Shown here piece after piece: positions 46,153 through 58,000 of a stretch of 64,000 nt of DNA. The notes under the pieces are model-generated. The model did not search any database and was not told the origin of the DNA. It was given only the letters and a program-made list of their open reading frames with translations. Both the position numbers and the translations under genes were made by a program. The stretch is taken from IMG/VR virus record IMGVR_UViG_3300023108_000002. One strand, 5' to 3'. Positions within the stretch are counted from its first letter, which is position 1. Every line of letters starts with the position of its first letter. The DNA is from a virus (taxonomy: Duplodnaviria > Caudoviricetes).

Positions 46153-49100
46153 ATGCCTATCGCCAGCGGATTCAGTATTCAAAGAAATGACATTATTGAT
46201 GTCGCACATCGGACGCAGAAAGAAATGCACACAGCAAATTCTGCGACCGATACCTATATTTTAAGATCAAAACCAGATTTCACTGATAAAGAGTGGGAAT
46301 GGGATATCAGAATGGGTGAAGTCAGATTGTATCTGGATAGAAGAAAAGGAAATAATGTTCTTGCTATTCCAACAATGGCATCAGAAATAACAGAATGGCG
46401 CGGAAAAAATTATACGGAAGGTTCTTTAGTTGCTGGAGAAGGTGGTGTAATTTACGATAGTAGTGTTGGTGAATTTGGAGCATTAATATTTAGCGATCTT
46501 TCTAAACCAACTTCTGGCGAAATTGTTGAAATTCAATATAGTGAGGCACTAGAAAAATTTACTGGCAATGACGGCGGCCTTCTTTTCCAACTGGCACATG
46601 ACCTTTGTGTTCATCCATATAATACTCCAGAAACTTTTAGGGCAAAATTTAGTAATGCAGAGACATTAAAAATTAATCCGGCCGGAGATGCGCTTGATCC
46701 AACCACTAATGGCATCAACCCAAGCCAAACAATTACTGGAACTCTTCTTAGCCAAAACGGCGACAACCTATCGGTGTTCAGAAACGATTTATCTGTAAGA
46801 TATAATCATGATTATTTAGAAGATGGAACGAAGGCTGAACAAAGAGAAGGGTATCAGTTGTGGAAGGTTGTTACAGAACATAGAGAATCGGCCACTGTAG
46901 ACCTTAGTGCTGGCGCTAACGCAACAACTCCTATAACTTTGATGGACGATTTTCCTTTAATTGAAGGAGATCTTGGTTCTGGTGAATTTAGAGTTGCAAT
47001 TAATGGAAGAGTTATTCCAAGAGATCACTATACAATTAGTAGTGAGGTTGCTGATAGAAAATCTACATTCAAACTGATAAGAGATACAACTTTATATCCA
47101 CTAACTTGGGTCGCAGATTTAGTTTCATCGAATATTGTAATCACCTATCATTGGGCAAAATCGCTAGATGTTCCATATGGGGCATTAGTTGGTTATAAAG
47201 GAATGGGCCCAGATCAGGCAAATTTAACACAAACTAATGCAACTGTAAATCCAGCAGATGGTTCTTTTCCTAGACAGGGCGCAGATAAAGAGTATTGGGT
47301 ATATAGTACTCCAATTTTAGCATCCCCTGCTACAACAGGAATTAACGGATTTGTTGGTTGGGTTTATGATACTGGTACAAACGCAGCAAATGTTGTAACA
47401 GATCAAAGTACGGTAGGTACACCTATTACTACAGATGGAATGAGCGAAAGAAGAAAAAATCTTGCTACCGTTTCTGATGGAGATGTATTCTACTTATCTT
47501 TCGTTCAAAATGACGATTTTGCAAACCCATTTGAATTGGTTTATCCAAAACCAGTAAGTTCTGAATCAGCTGATGTTAAAGCAGCGCTGAGAAGAATTAC
47601 TAATAAATTTCTTGTTGAGTCAGATAAGGGTGTTGATTTATTGTCAGCATCAGATATGTCTTTCCTTAATAGTTATTCTCCTGTTACTGCAAGAAAATCA
47701 CAGAGATGGAGAATTAGATTTGAATGGAATGAATCTGACTTTGCATTAAAAGTAAATGTTGCAACACACCATCAATTAAAAGATGATATGACCATTACTC
47801 AGCCTCAAGGTAGAGATGGAATTAAGTCTCCAGTCTATAGAGAGCCTGGAGAACTTTGTGATGTTTATAAAGAACCTGTTATTGGAAAGGGTGCAAGCGT
47901 TCAAATTACAACAGCAAAACAACAGTGGTTCAAAAGAAATAAAATTGTTGATGAATTGTCCTTAACATATCCAATGTCATATCGTTTGACATGTACAAAT
48001 CATGGGTTAGGATTATTTTTGTTCGATCAAGCCTCAGTAGATCAAGATGATGATTACGCATGGTTTGTTGTACAAAGACATGTGGATCAAACAACAGGAC
48101 AGCCAGAATATACTGACAAGTCTCCCGTACATTGTGTATATTCTCCATTCAAACCAACTGCTGATATATCTACCATTAATAGATATTATGCTGTAGATGA
48201 TTTGGATGATTTATCTCAACCACCGCCAATTGCGAATGCATTGGGAGATATTTTTAAATCCGAATCTCCAACGATTTTCATAGACAAAGATAATTCTATT
48301 TTTAATGGATATGTAAATGCTGTAGATTTTAATAGTTTTGGATACACCACTGGCGTATCTGCTGGTATTTCCACTGGTGGAAATATAGTTACCACAGATT
48401 TCAAGGCCGATTTGTTTAGAGGAATTACAGGCACTTCTGGAATTCCTTCGACATCTCTCTGGTCAGCAACAACATATTCGTTTCAAATAGATGCTAATAC
48501 AGCTGATCTTTCAACATTGGAAGATTCCGGCGCATTAATGGCTGGACGATATATTCAATTTGATGCTAATGATGCCTCATTTGCCTCAGCACCAAATCCA
48601 GCTGATGCCGTTGGCGGGCGTATTATATCATATAACAAAAGCACTAAGGAATTGGTAATTTCTATGTCAGCAGACAAGAAAGCAGTTGCAGATGCTCTTG
48701 CGGGACAGGTGCCGGTTACTGCACACTTAGGAACAAGTGCGACTGGTGATGTGATAGGAATTAACGATTTTGCACAATCATCTCTTGCACAAGATTATGG
48801 GATTTTACATACTTTACCATATACAGGTGCGGACCAAGTTCTATTGACAACTCATAGTAGTGATTCAAATGCATTGTGTGTGAAGAATGAACTTGGAAAT
48901 GTAAATGATTTGAATGTTGTTGGATTTAACTCCCTTCCAAGAAGAAGAGAAACGGCAGTTACAATGGGTGCGTCAAAATCTCCAGTTCCACTTATAAGAG
49001 ATTCTTTAGCAAATCCAGTTTCTATGATTACTGCTACTTCTAATGGTAATAATTTTACAGCAAATCATCCAGCAGCTGCTCTGTGGGTAAATACATTAGA

Positions 49101-50418
49101 TATGGCTCCTTCTGCTTCTGGTAATGTAGTTTTCCCAGCACAACTATTAGATAGAATGTCTACTTTTAGGACAGCATCATCAAGCGGAACAGGAGTTCCA
49201 CCTGTTCCAGAAAATATTAGTCTTTCAGATTATAAAGAAGGGGATTCTGCTGTTTTAGACATATTATATAACGCTCAACCAACAAACGCATCAAAAGTTT
49301 TTGAATCTATTGTTGTAGCAATTGATGATGTTGAAGTTGTAAGAGACCCAGATGCATATGTTCTTACATATGATGAATGGGTAGCACACGGCGATCCATC
49401 TACCGCTGGAAAATTTTTAGAAATGCTTGAAGCGGCCGGTGCGGATAATATTGGACCAAACTTCAAACTTCCAGCAGTTAACACAACTGTTTCTAATCTA
49501 TTGGGAGAGACAGTAGATGGAACAATAGATGGTTCTGTTGTTAATAGAGTAACAAATCGTAGAATGTTTTTAGACAAAACTGGAGATTCTTTTGTAATCG
49601 CTTCTGGAAATTTAGTTGTCTCTACAAACGATACAAAATTGAGTAGTTTATTGCCAGGTGATATTGTTTGGAAAGAAAACTCAACCACAGATGCTTCTAG
49701 AAATACATATATGTATGATTTCTGGAACAAAACTTTAGTATTCAAATATGCTCCTAGAGCAAGTGCAAACTTTAGTATTTCTATGGTAAATTATACATCT
49801 TCTAATCCATCTCAAAATAGATATATTATTGATGTTCCAGAAGATAGAAATTTCCCAGAAACAAATATGAATAAAATTAAAACAATTAATAGATTTGTTG
49901 TTAGAGAACAGGACGTATTAAAACCTTGGGATTATCATGTTTCTGCTACAATGCACGAAATTGACTCTCATGCGATCATCAATCCTCAAGAACAATTGTC
50001 CATAACACAGGATAGAAATTTTGTGTTCTCGTTCCCAACACAAATTACATCACAGAGGTTTTATTACCCACAAAGTGAACTTGATATTATTTGTGTATCT
50101 TCTGCTGATTTCTCTACTCAAGCTGGTCATGTAGAAATAAATAAGTATGGAGATTCAGATGGGTTGAATGGAGTATTTTCTGGAAATGATTTTGTTCCAG
50201 CGGGCCTCGATGGTGACGAAGGCACAAGATATGCTGGGCATGTTGGACCAGATGGAGAAAAATATATCTGGAGAAAGTCTGCAAGAAAATATGAAGGAAT
50301 GGTTTCTACACTTCCAAATGGAAATGGTATGCGAATTTTCATGCAAGTAACGGGATCTAGTATTAGATACAGTGATGTGTCGCCAGGAAAAGATCCGGGC
50401 TCCGTCTTAGGAACATAA
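46153..50418 (+). CDS. unrecognised probable virion protein, paralogue 2 (1421 aa)
   Basis: Same motif scaffold with long inserted regions. Confidence 0.85.
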   Translation: MPIASGFSIQRNDIIDVAHRTQKEMHTANSATDTYILRSKPDFTDKEWEWDIRMGEVRLYLDRRKGNNVLAIPTMASEITEWRGKNYTEGSLVAGEGGVIYDSSVGEFGALIFSDLSKPTSGEIVEIQYSEALEKFTGNDGGLLFQLAHDLCVHPYNTPETFRAKFSNAETLKINPAGDALDPTTNGINPSQTITGTLLSQNGDNLSVFRNDLSVRYNHDYLEDGTKAEQREGYQLWKVVTEHRESATVDLSAGANATTPITLMDDFPLIEGDLGSGEFRVAINGRVIPRDHYTISSEVADRKSTFKLIRDTTLYPLTWVADLVSSNIVITYHWAKSLDVPYGALVGYKGMGPDQANLTQTNATVNPADGSFPRQGADKEYWVYSTPILASPATTGINGFVGWVYDTGTNAANVVTDQSTVGTPITTDGMSERRKNLATVSDGDVFYLSFVQNDDFANPFELVYPKPVSSESADVKAALRRITNKFLVESDKGVDLLSASDMSFLNSYSPVTARKSQRWRIRFEWNESDFALKVNVATHHQLKDDMTITQPQGRDGIKSPVYREPGELCDVYKEPVIGKGASVQITTAKQQWFKRNKIVDELSLTYPMSYRLTCTNHGLGLFLFDQASVDQDDDYAWFVVQRHVDQTTGQPEYTDKSPVHCVYSPFKPTADISTINRYYAVDDLDDLSQPPPIANALGDIFKSESPTIFIDKDNSIFNGYVNAVDFNSFGYTTGVSAGISTGGNIVTTDFKADLFRGITGTSGIPSTSLWSATTYSFQIDANTADLSTLEDSGALMAGRYIQFDANDASFASAPNPADAVGGRIISYNKSTKELVISMSADKKAVADALAGQVPVTAHLGTSATGDVIGINDFAQSSLAQDYGILHTLPYTGADQVLLTTHSSDSNALCVKNELGNVNDLNVVGFNSLPRRRETAVTMGASKSPVPLIRDSLANPVSMITATSNGNNFTANHPAAALWVNTLDMAPSASGNVVFPAQLLDRMSTFRTASSSGTGVPPVPENISLSDYKEGDSAVLDILYNAQPTNASKVFESIVVAIDDVEVVRDPDAYVLTYDEWVAHGDPSTAGKFLEMLEAAGADNIGPNFKLPAVNTTVSNLLGETVDGTIDGSVVNRVTNRRMFLDKTGDSFVIASGNLVVSTNDTKLSSLLPGDIVWKENSTTDASRNTYMYDFWNKTLVFKYAPRASANFSISMVNYTSSNPSQNRYIIDVPEDRNFPETNMNKIKTINRFVVREQDVLKPWDYHVSATMHEIDSHAIINPQEQLSITQDRNFVFSFPTQITSQRFYYPQSELDIICVSSADFSTQAGHVEINKYGDSDGLNGVFSGNDFVPAGLDGDEGTRYAGHVGPDGEKYIWRKSARKYEGMVSTLPNGNGMRIFMQVTGSSIRYSDVSPGKDPGSVLGT

Positions 50419-50436
50419 ACATAGGAAAAGTTTTTT

Positions 50437-50444
50437 TATAAATA
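50437..50444 (+). promoter_or_regulatory. T4 late promoter upstream of paralogue 3
   Basis: Same TTTTTTTATAAATATAAAGAAAA block as at 46111-46133, with an AAGGAG RBS. Confidence 0.8.
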
Positions 50445-50475
50445 TAAAGAAAAGCAACTTTAAAGGAGAACATAA

Positions 50476-53400
50476 ATGGCTACCTCACTAGCAACCGAAT
50501 TTTTGTCAGGTGGTTTTTCTATCCAAAGAAACGAAATGGTGTCTATGCAGCAACAGAAACACCGCCAAAAGTTTCAGTTTTTGAATAGTTTTAACCAAAC
50601 ATATACAAGACTCGATAGACCAGCACAAGGAGAATTTGATAGAATTCGTCCTTATTCACTATCATCTGAAAAAAGACAATTTATTGGTGGGACTGTTACT
50701 ACAGTAACTACTCCATTAACACAAACATATAGAAATGGAAATCAAAAAGCACAACTAGGAGGTATCACTTTAAACTCACAGGGTGGTATTGTAACTCTCA
50801 ATGTTCTTTCTGGTGGATATGGTTATGCTCCTAGTACAACATTTAATGTGATCTTTAGAGGTGGCCAACCAGATGTTGGAACTTTCGAGCAATGTTACGC
50901 TACAGCACAATCAGACGGTGAGGGTAGAATTGTTTCTGTAGATATTCAAGTCACTGGATTGAACTATGATGAAACAACTGGTGCCGAAATTACAGCAGAA
51001 ATAGATGAGTCTCCTACTATTGGACAGTTCTATGTTTCTTTCTTTGATGGGGTTGGTGCTATTACTGGAGTTGATATTGAAAGTGGAAACACAGGACATC
51101 GCCCTGGCGTTTATTTTGTAGAAGCTGGCACGGTTGCTGTTGGTGTCGGTGAGGATGGTGTAACTCCAAACGCTTCAGCAGGTTCTGGTGGTACTTTCCA
51201 AGTGCATGTTGATAATAGCGGCGCTGTTATTAAAGTAGTTCCTCTTACTTTTGGACAAGATTATCTTGTCGGAAATGAAATTACTATTCCAGCAACACGA
51301 CTTGGTAATAATGGAACTCAGTTAACACCAGTTACCGATCTTGTTATTAGTGTCAGTTCTGTTGTTGACGCCGATCAGTTTGCCCTTGATTATGGAACAG
51401 TCACTTGGAGAAGTGAAACCTTTCAAGTTGGCGATACTGTTGTTTTAGAATATTTTATCGATACTTCTAGAGATACAAGAGCTGTTGATGGTGTTCTTAG
51501 AACACTTGCTACTGATTTGTGTCTACATCCATATGGAAACTATTATAGTTCTGCATTTTCAACTGTCCAACAAAGAAATGCTGTTTTGACTTGGGATGCT
51601 GCTCCGACTTATGGTGTTACTACATTTACTGCCACTTTAACAGATGCTGTTTCTGGATTTGCTTTAACAGCAGATACAGGATTTCAACCAGGCGATGTTG
51701 GTAAAAGAATTATTGAACCAAATAAAACTGGCGCTGCAAAAATTATATCTGTAGATGCCGCTGGTGTTGCTACAGTAACTATGGATAATGTTTTGGAACC
51801 AGATACAAGAGAAGTAAATGCATTTGAAAGTTCCACAAAAACCACATATTCGGTAGGAGAATGGAGACTTGCGATTGCAACATCTGAATTTGAATCGCAA
51901 CCATATAATATCATTTATCCATATCTCAATTCAGATGCAACTTCTCCAATTCCAATCGCAGTTGATGGTCAACAAAACCATAGAGATGTTAAAACATGTA
52001 TCAATAGAATTGGTGATATGTTTATTGTAGAATCTGAAAAGGCAACAGACCTTCTTTCTTCGAAAGCAGATATTAACTCTGCTACTTCAGCTATACCATC
52101 TTCGGTTTCTTTGACACAACCAGTAAAAGATGCTAGAAAACCACAAAAATGGAGAATGAGATTCTTCTATGACCAAAGAGATGAATATCTTTATGTAAAT
52201 ATAGCAACTTCTCTTCAAATTAAGGACAATGGAGATTTGACAAAAGGTCAAGGACGTGATGGTATTAAACAGGCAGTATTTAGACAGCCAGGAGAATTAA
52301 GTGAAATTTATTACAATTTCTCCAATGATACTAACAAAGCAAAATCTGGTTGGTTCCGTAGACAAGGTAAAACAACAGACGATATTGAAAGCGGATATCC
52401 ACTTGCATATCGTTTAACTTGTACTGACCATGGCACAGGACTGTTCTTGTTTGACCAAGCATCAGTAGATCAAGATGATGACTACGCATGGTTTGTTGTA
52501 CAAAGACATGTTAACAATGTTTCTGGAAGAATCGAATTTGAAGATGGAAAATCTCCAGTACATTGTTTATATTCACCATCTACAAGGCCAGAAGAAACAT
52601 CAAACTATAATGTAGGTTTCTTTGCAGAAGTTGATGAAGATTTGGATGTTATCAGTGGACAAACTACAATAACATCAAAATCTCTTGAAGAACTTCAAAT
52701 CTATGATGTGAATGGTAGATTGCTTAAACCAGGCCTACCAGTAGATGTATCTATTGTTACAGATTCTAGTCCTGTGGAATTTAGAACTACTCCATATTCG
52801 GGCGGACCTAAATATCTCGCTCCAACTCTTGCTGCTGGCGGTGTTGCCGGTGTTGGTCCGTATGATGGAATTTCATTTGTCGATACCGCGACACTAGGAA
52901 CAGATTCCACAACTGGATATACAATTATTAATGACCAAGTGCTTATGCCAGCAATTACTGGTGGTGCGACTGGAACATATGAAGATCTAGCTATTTCAAA
53001 AAGTGCTGGATTTACAGGAGCAACTATTACTGATAGAACTCAATTTTCTCTGAATTTTGCTAAGGGATATGGAACAACTTTTGTTCCTGTGGGACAATTT
53101 ATCACTGCACTAGAACAAACGAATAGATTTACAGCTAATGTGGATGAAGATATTGCAAAAACCGCAGCAGACATAGGAGACTCCAGAACCGTTGTTGCAA
53201 AGGCTGGATTTACTATTGGTGGTTTGGATAACTTTAACGCAGCAAGAAATCAGATGACGGGCCCTGCTAGACTCGGATTGACGCCATCTAGAATTAGACA
53301 TAGAAGTAGATCTGGTGTTGATACATACTTAGAGGTTTCCGATTTCCAATTCCTTGATAAAACTGAAATTGCACCAAGGGTAAATCCAAACGGCAAGGCA

Positions 53401-54978
53401 AGAGAACTTCCAGTCGTTTCATCTGTAGCAATATTTAAACCTCTTTCTGGATTTGCAAAAAATCTAGTAAACCAACAAAGAGTGAGAATAATTCACGTTA
53501 CTCCTGTAACAGCTACATATTCTGCTGGTTCAAATATTCCAGTAATAGCACTACAGGCCGCTGGATCAATTACTGGACCGGTAACTGGATTGACAGATGA
53601 TGTAAATGCAGAAATTGTTCCAATCCCTTACGCACAATTGGGCGGAAGCACAGCAGGATTTATTACAGACTATTCTGGTTTATCAGAAGCAACTCCAACC
53701 AATAATGGATTTATTACTGGTGGCAGCGGTTTTACTGACATGTTTATTACTGCTCCAGGCTCTGGAACTTTAGATATGGCTGTGGGTGATATGATTACAA
53801 CTAAACAAGAAGCTGTCAAAGTTGATGCTACATATCTTGGAGCGCCAGGAGCGCCAATTGAGGGTTATAGAGTTGATGCTATTGTTGATACTTTCTCAGA
53901 AGGTGATGGTTTCATTTATGAATATGCATGGGAAGGTGCTGGATTTGGTAACACATATACAAACTTCTATGGAAGATCTGGTACTTCATCCAACCCACTA
54001 TTTGAAGTAAATAGATTGAAAATATTTGTTGATGGTGCAGAAGCAGATGCTGCTGTTTTCGGACAAAACTATACTATCAACTCAGCGGGAGAAGTAGAGT
54101 TTGGTACAACTAATAAGAGTTTGGAATACTTTGGTGTTGAGAAACCAATGTATGCGTATAACTTGACAAACGACACATGGACTTTCAATGAAGTAATTGA
54201 AAATGGAACAGTTGTAAAACTTTCTTATGAAAACTATAATGATATCGAAGAAAGAGATACAGGTAAATCAACATACTTGATTAAAGTTCCAGAGGATAGA
54301 GATATTCCAAGCATTTGGAATGATATTCACAGAGTTGCCAAAGGTATCTACAGATTCTGTGTCAGAGAAGCCGATGTGTTCAAACCTTGGGATTATCATG
54401 TATCTGCTGTAATTCCACAAGTAGATAGCCCTGCATGTATTAACCCTGTAGAACAGTTGTCAATTACACAAGACAAGACAGTTATCTTTAACTTCCCAAC
54501 ACCTCTTGCATCACAAAGATTTATCTATAGTGATGCTGAAATGGACTTGATTTGTGTCGCAGGCGCAGACAGTTCAACTCAAGGTGGTATTATCAAAACT
54601 GCTTCTACAAAGTATGACTTGGATGCTGCACAAATCTCTGCGGTTACTGATGGACATACTCCAGGCACTGAAAATATATCAAGCAATGGAGATAAAATGA
54701 ATTTCCGTCAACCATATGATTGGCACAACACTCACCAAGGAGTTCACTCAGCTACATTGGCTACAAATGGTGGAGTTGCATCTTTTAGAGATGGAGCTGT
54801 GGCTGTTGATACCATTTCGAACTCAACACACAGAACATATGTTGGTATGATGAGTACAAAACCTTTTGGTAACGGCATGAGAATCTTTATCTTAACAAGA
54901 GGTGGGCCAGTTAGACCACAATATAGTGACTATACTCCAAGAGATATTAGAGCAGAAAACGAAAATACATTTACATAA
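50476..54978 (+). CDS. unrecognised probable virion protein, paralogue 3 (1500 aa)
   Basis: Same motif scaffold with different inserted regions. Confidence 0.85.
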   Translation: MATSLATEFLSGGFSIQRNEMVSMQQQKHRQKFQFLNSFNQTYTRLDRPAQGEFDRIRPYSLSSEKRQFIGGTVTTVTTPLTQTYRNGNQKAQLGGITLNSQGGIVTLNVLSGGYGYAPSTTFNVIFRGGQPDVGTFEQCYATAQSDGEGRIVSVDIQVTGLNYDETTGAEITAEIDESPTIGQFYVSFFDGVGAITGVDIESGNTGHRPGVYFVEAGTVAVGVGEDGVTPNASAGSGGTFQVHVDNSGAVIKVVPLTFGQDYLVGNEITIPATRLGNNGTQLTPVTDLVISVSSVVDADQFALDYGTVTWRSETFQVGDTVVLEYFIDTSRDTRAVDGVLRTLATDLCLHPYGNYYSSAFSTVQQRNAVLTWDAAPTYGVTTFTATLTDAVSGFALTADTGFQPGDVGKRIIEPNKTGAAKIISVDAAGVATVTMDNVLEPDTREVNAFESSTKTTYSVGEWRLAIATSEFESQPYNIIYPYLNSDATSPIPIAVDGQQNHRDVKTCINRIGDMFIVESEKATDLLSSKADINSATSAIPSSVSLTQPVKDARKPQKWRMRFFYDQRDEYLYVNIATSLQIKDNGDLTKGQGRDGIKQAVFRQPGELSEIYYNFSNDTNKAKSGWFRRQGKTTDDIESGYPLAYRLTCTDHGTGLFLFDQASVDQDDDYAWFVVQRHVNNVSGRIEFEDGKSPVHCLYSPSTRPEETSNYNVGFFAEVDEDLDVISGQTTITSKSLEELQIYDVNGRLLKPGLPVDVSIVTDSSPVEFRTTPYSGGPKYLAPTLAAGGVAGVGPYDGISFVDTATLGTDSTTGYTIINDQVLMPAITGGATGTYEDLAISKSAGFTGATITDRTQFSLNFAKGYGTTFVPVGQFITALEQTNRFTANVDEDIAKTAADIGDSRTVVAKAGFTIGGLDNFNAARNQMTGPARLGLTPSRIRHRSRSGVDTYLEVSDFQFLDKTEIAPRVNPNGKARELPVVSSVAIFKPLSGFAKNLVNQQRVRIIHVTPVTATYSAGSNIPVIALQAAGSITGPVTGLTDDVNAEIVPIPYAQLGGSTAGFITDYSGLSEATPTNNGFITGGSGFTDMFITAPGSGTLDMAVGDMITTKQEAVKVDATYLGAPGAPIEGYRVDAIVDTFSEGDGFIYEYAWEGAGFGNTYTNFYGRSGTSSNPLFEVNRLKIFVDGAEADAAVFGQNYTINSAGEVEFGTTNKSLEYFGVEKPMYAYNLTNDTWTFNEVIENGTVVKLSYENYNDIEERDTGKSTYLIKVPEDRDIPSIWNDIHRVAKGIYRFCVREADVFKPWDYHVSAVIPQVDSPACINPVEQLSITQDKTVIFNFPTPLASQRFIYSDAEMDLICVAGADSSTQGGIIKTASTKYDLDAAQISAVTDGHTPGTENISSNGDKMNFRQPYDWHNTHQGVHSATLATNGGVASFRDGAVAVDTISNSTHRTYVGMMSTKPFGNGMRIFILTRGGPVRPQYSDYTPRDIRAENENTFT

Positions 54979-55006
54979 TATAAAAGTATCATAGTTTTAG
55001 ATAAAT

Positions 55007-55035
55007 AAGGGGAGGCACTTAGCTTCCCCTTTTTT
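55007..55035 (+). terminator. intrinsic terminator after paralogue 3
   Basis: AAGGGGAGG-cacttag-CTTCCCCTT followed by a T run. Confidence 0.75.
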
Positions 55036-55048
55036 GTTGCAGAGAAAA

Positions 55049-58000
55049 ATGTCAGTCGTAAATATATTTTTATTTAGAGATATAGTAAAAGTTAAGATTG
55101 GAATAGGTTCGCCTTCCAATCCTGGCACTCCTACGGATGGTCAAGAGATCTCCGAGGGAAACATAACATATGTTTACAATGCGTCTACAACAAATTGGGA
55201 TATTACAACAAAAACAAATCAAGTTTTTGTGTCAGGATTATCTTCTGCTATAACTATAAATTTTTCAGCCGGTGATATTATAAAAAATGGTAATAGTGTC
55301 GGAACATCTACCACAGTAGATAATGGAGATACCGTTAGGCTTTCAGTTACAAGTCCTGTATTAAATACGGTGAACAATTATACGTTCACTGCTGATTCTA
55401 CAACATTAGAATTTAATGTGGAATTAAATGATCCAGTAACCGCAAATTATGATGTAGAAAAAGCCGAAACAATTTCTAATAACGACGACTTAGAAAAAGA
55501 AGATGAAAATGTAAATTTAATTTCTGGTGCAACAGAAAATTTATTTCAGAATATTGCAAAACAGACTCAAACAACAGAGCGTGATGCTCTAATAGTAAAA
55601 GATACTATTGAAAAATATGTACAAGAAAGAGTTGGTAGTAATTTACTTGAGCCAGATTTTGCAGATATTGATATTATTACTGAAATTGCAAAGTTAGAAG
55701 GAATCAATCTTGAATTTATTGCTGACATAGAAACTATTACTCTAAGAGATTTTATTTTAGCATATCTTCAAGATACAGAACTGAAAACTTTAGAATATAC
55801 TCCTACAGAAGAAACAGTAGAAGAAAAATCTCAAGAATCTATTGAAGAGGAAGAAACTTTACAAACTTCTGAAACCGAAAAATCAGAAGTTTTAGAAACA
55901 ATTTCTACTACAGATGCTTCTTTGTTGGAAACATCTGATAGCGATTCTTTATTAGAAACTAATCTAATTGAAGATTCAGAAACCATTACTTCTTTAGAAA
56001 CTGCAAGTGCGGAGATTACAGAGATTATATCTGCAAAAGATGCGGAGATTAATAATGTTACAGACACTATTGAGACAACACAGACATCTACATTTGAAGA
56101 TATTGAAGAGATCTCTTCTCAGGAGACTTCTACATTAGAAGAAACGGAAACAATAACAACTTCTGAAACAGACAAGGCAGAAGAGACAGAGTTTGTTTCA
56201 TTCACAGAAACTTCTACTTTAGAGGAAACTGAATCTACTTCATTCACAGAAACTTCTACTCTAGAAGAAACCGAATCTACTTCAATCACAGAAACTTCTA
56301 CTCTAGAAGAAACCGAATCTACTTCAATCACAGAAACTTCTACTTTAGAAGAAGTAGAGGATGTTTCATTTACTAATATTGAAGCTGATGAAGTTCTTGA
56401 GCAGGCCAATTTACTAGAACAAATTAAAAACGAGCTTCAAGAACTCACAGAAACGAAACAATCTGAAATACTAAGTGAACTAGAAAATATTTTTCTGAAT
56501 AATTTAGAAAATTTTTCTGAACAGATTACGGTAGATTTTATATCTCAAAATTTAGCAGATATTTTAGAGAAAGAAAATTTATCAGTACCAGAATTCAATA
56601 GTTTTGAAGAATTACAACAGTTTCTTCAAAATGAATTAGATTCTACTACCGAGATCACTTCTCTGCGTCAACTGAATTTAGGAGAAATTGATGAAATAAT
56701 TTCCGTTTCTCTTCAGGAAACATTTACGGATAGCGTAGTCGATTCTTTATTGGACACGCCTATCAATGAAATAATAGATTCTGTTGAATTTGCAGATCCA
56801 AACATACTGAATGAAATTGAGACTTTTATAGAAACTAATTTCCCTCAAGCTTCTATAGAAGAAACCACAACATTTATAGAACCAAGAGAAAGTTCAAACG
56901 AAGCTGAAACAGTAGAAGCACAAGAAAAAATTACTGGTGCGACAGAACTTGTTTCTGGGGTTGATGACACTGATGATTCTTCAGTAAGTTCTGCTGTAAG
57001 CACAGATACTTCAGTAGAAGATTCTTCTTTAGAAAATGCAGCAAATCCTGATCAAACCGAGGATTTTATTCCAGTATCGGGAGTTTCAGAAACGACAATT
57101 CCAGAAACTGAAACATCAGAATCTGAAGATTCTTATGAATTCGAAAAATTTAGTGATGAAGAAATCAATGAAGTAAAAGAGATAGAAACTACATCAACAG
57201 ATGAAATTAATGATACAAGAGAATTAGAATCTTCAACACCAGACGAAAGTGAAAATTTAAGAGAATTGGATTTTGGTTCCGATTCGGATGTTGTTGAAAC
57301 ACAAGAAAAAATTACTGGTGCGGTAGAACTTGTTTCTGGTTCTGATGATACTGAAGATTCATCACAACCAACTGCTGTATCTACTGAAGGCACTGAAGAT
57401 TCATCACAACCAACTGCTGTATCTACTGAAGGCACTGAAGATTCATCACAACCAACTGCTGTATCTACTGAAGGCACTGAAGATTTTATTCAGCCACCGT
57501 CTATTGGATCTGAAGAAACTGAAGAGGAATCACAAAAAACTGATATATCAACATCAGAGACTATTGATAGTGGTTTGATTTCTGTTGTTGGTTCTGATGG
57601 CATTGTTGAAGATTCTCAAAAAACGATAAACAATTCTGATGATGCTGTAGATACAGTACAAACTTCAGTAATTGCATCTGAAGACGAAGAAGAAGATTCT
57701 CAACAAATAACTGTCAACTCTAATGATGCTGTAGATACATCACAAATAATAGTTGTTGCATCTGAAGATGAAGAAGAAGATTCTCAACAAATAACTGTCA
57801 ACTCTAATGATGCTGTAGATACAGTACAAACTTCAGTAATTGCATCTGAAGATGAAGAAGAAGATTCTCAACAAATAACTGTCAACTCTAATGATGCTGT
57901 AGATACAGTACAAACTTCAGTAATTGCATCTGAAGATGAGGAAGAAGCGGCGCAGATAACAACCATATCTTCTAACTCTATAGACATTTCAGAGATAGAA

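Noticed and set aside
9009-54740. Extension of the G-flank rule to CCWWGG
   Set aside because: Many unflanked examples (e.g. TCCTTGGG, ACCTTGGG, ACCAAGGA); this serves as a negative control instead
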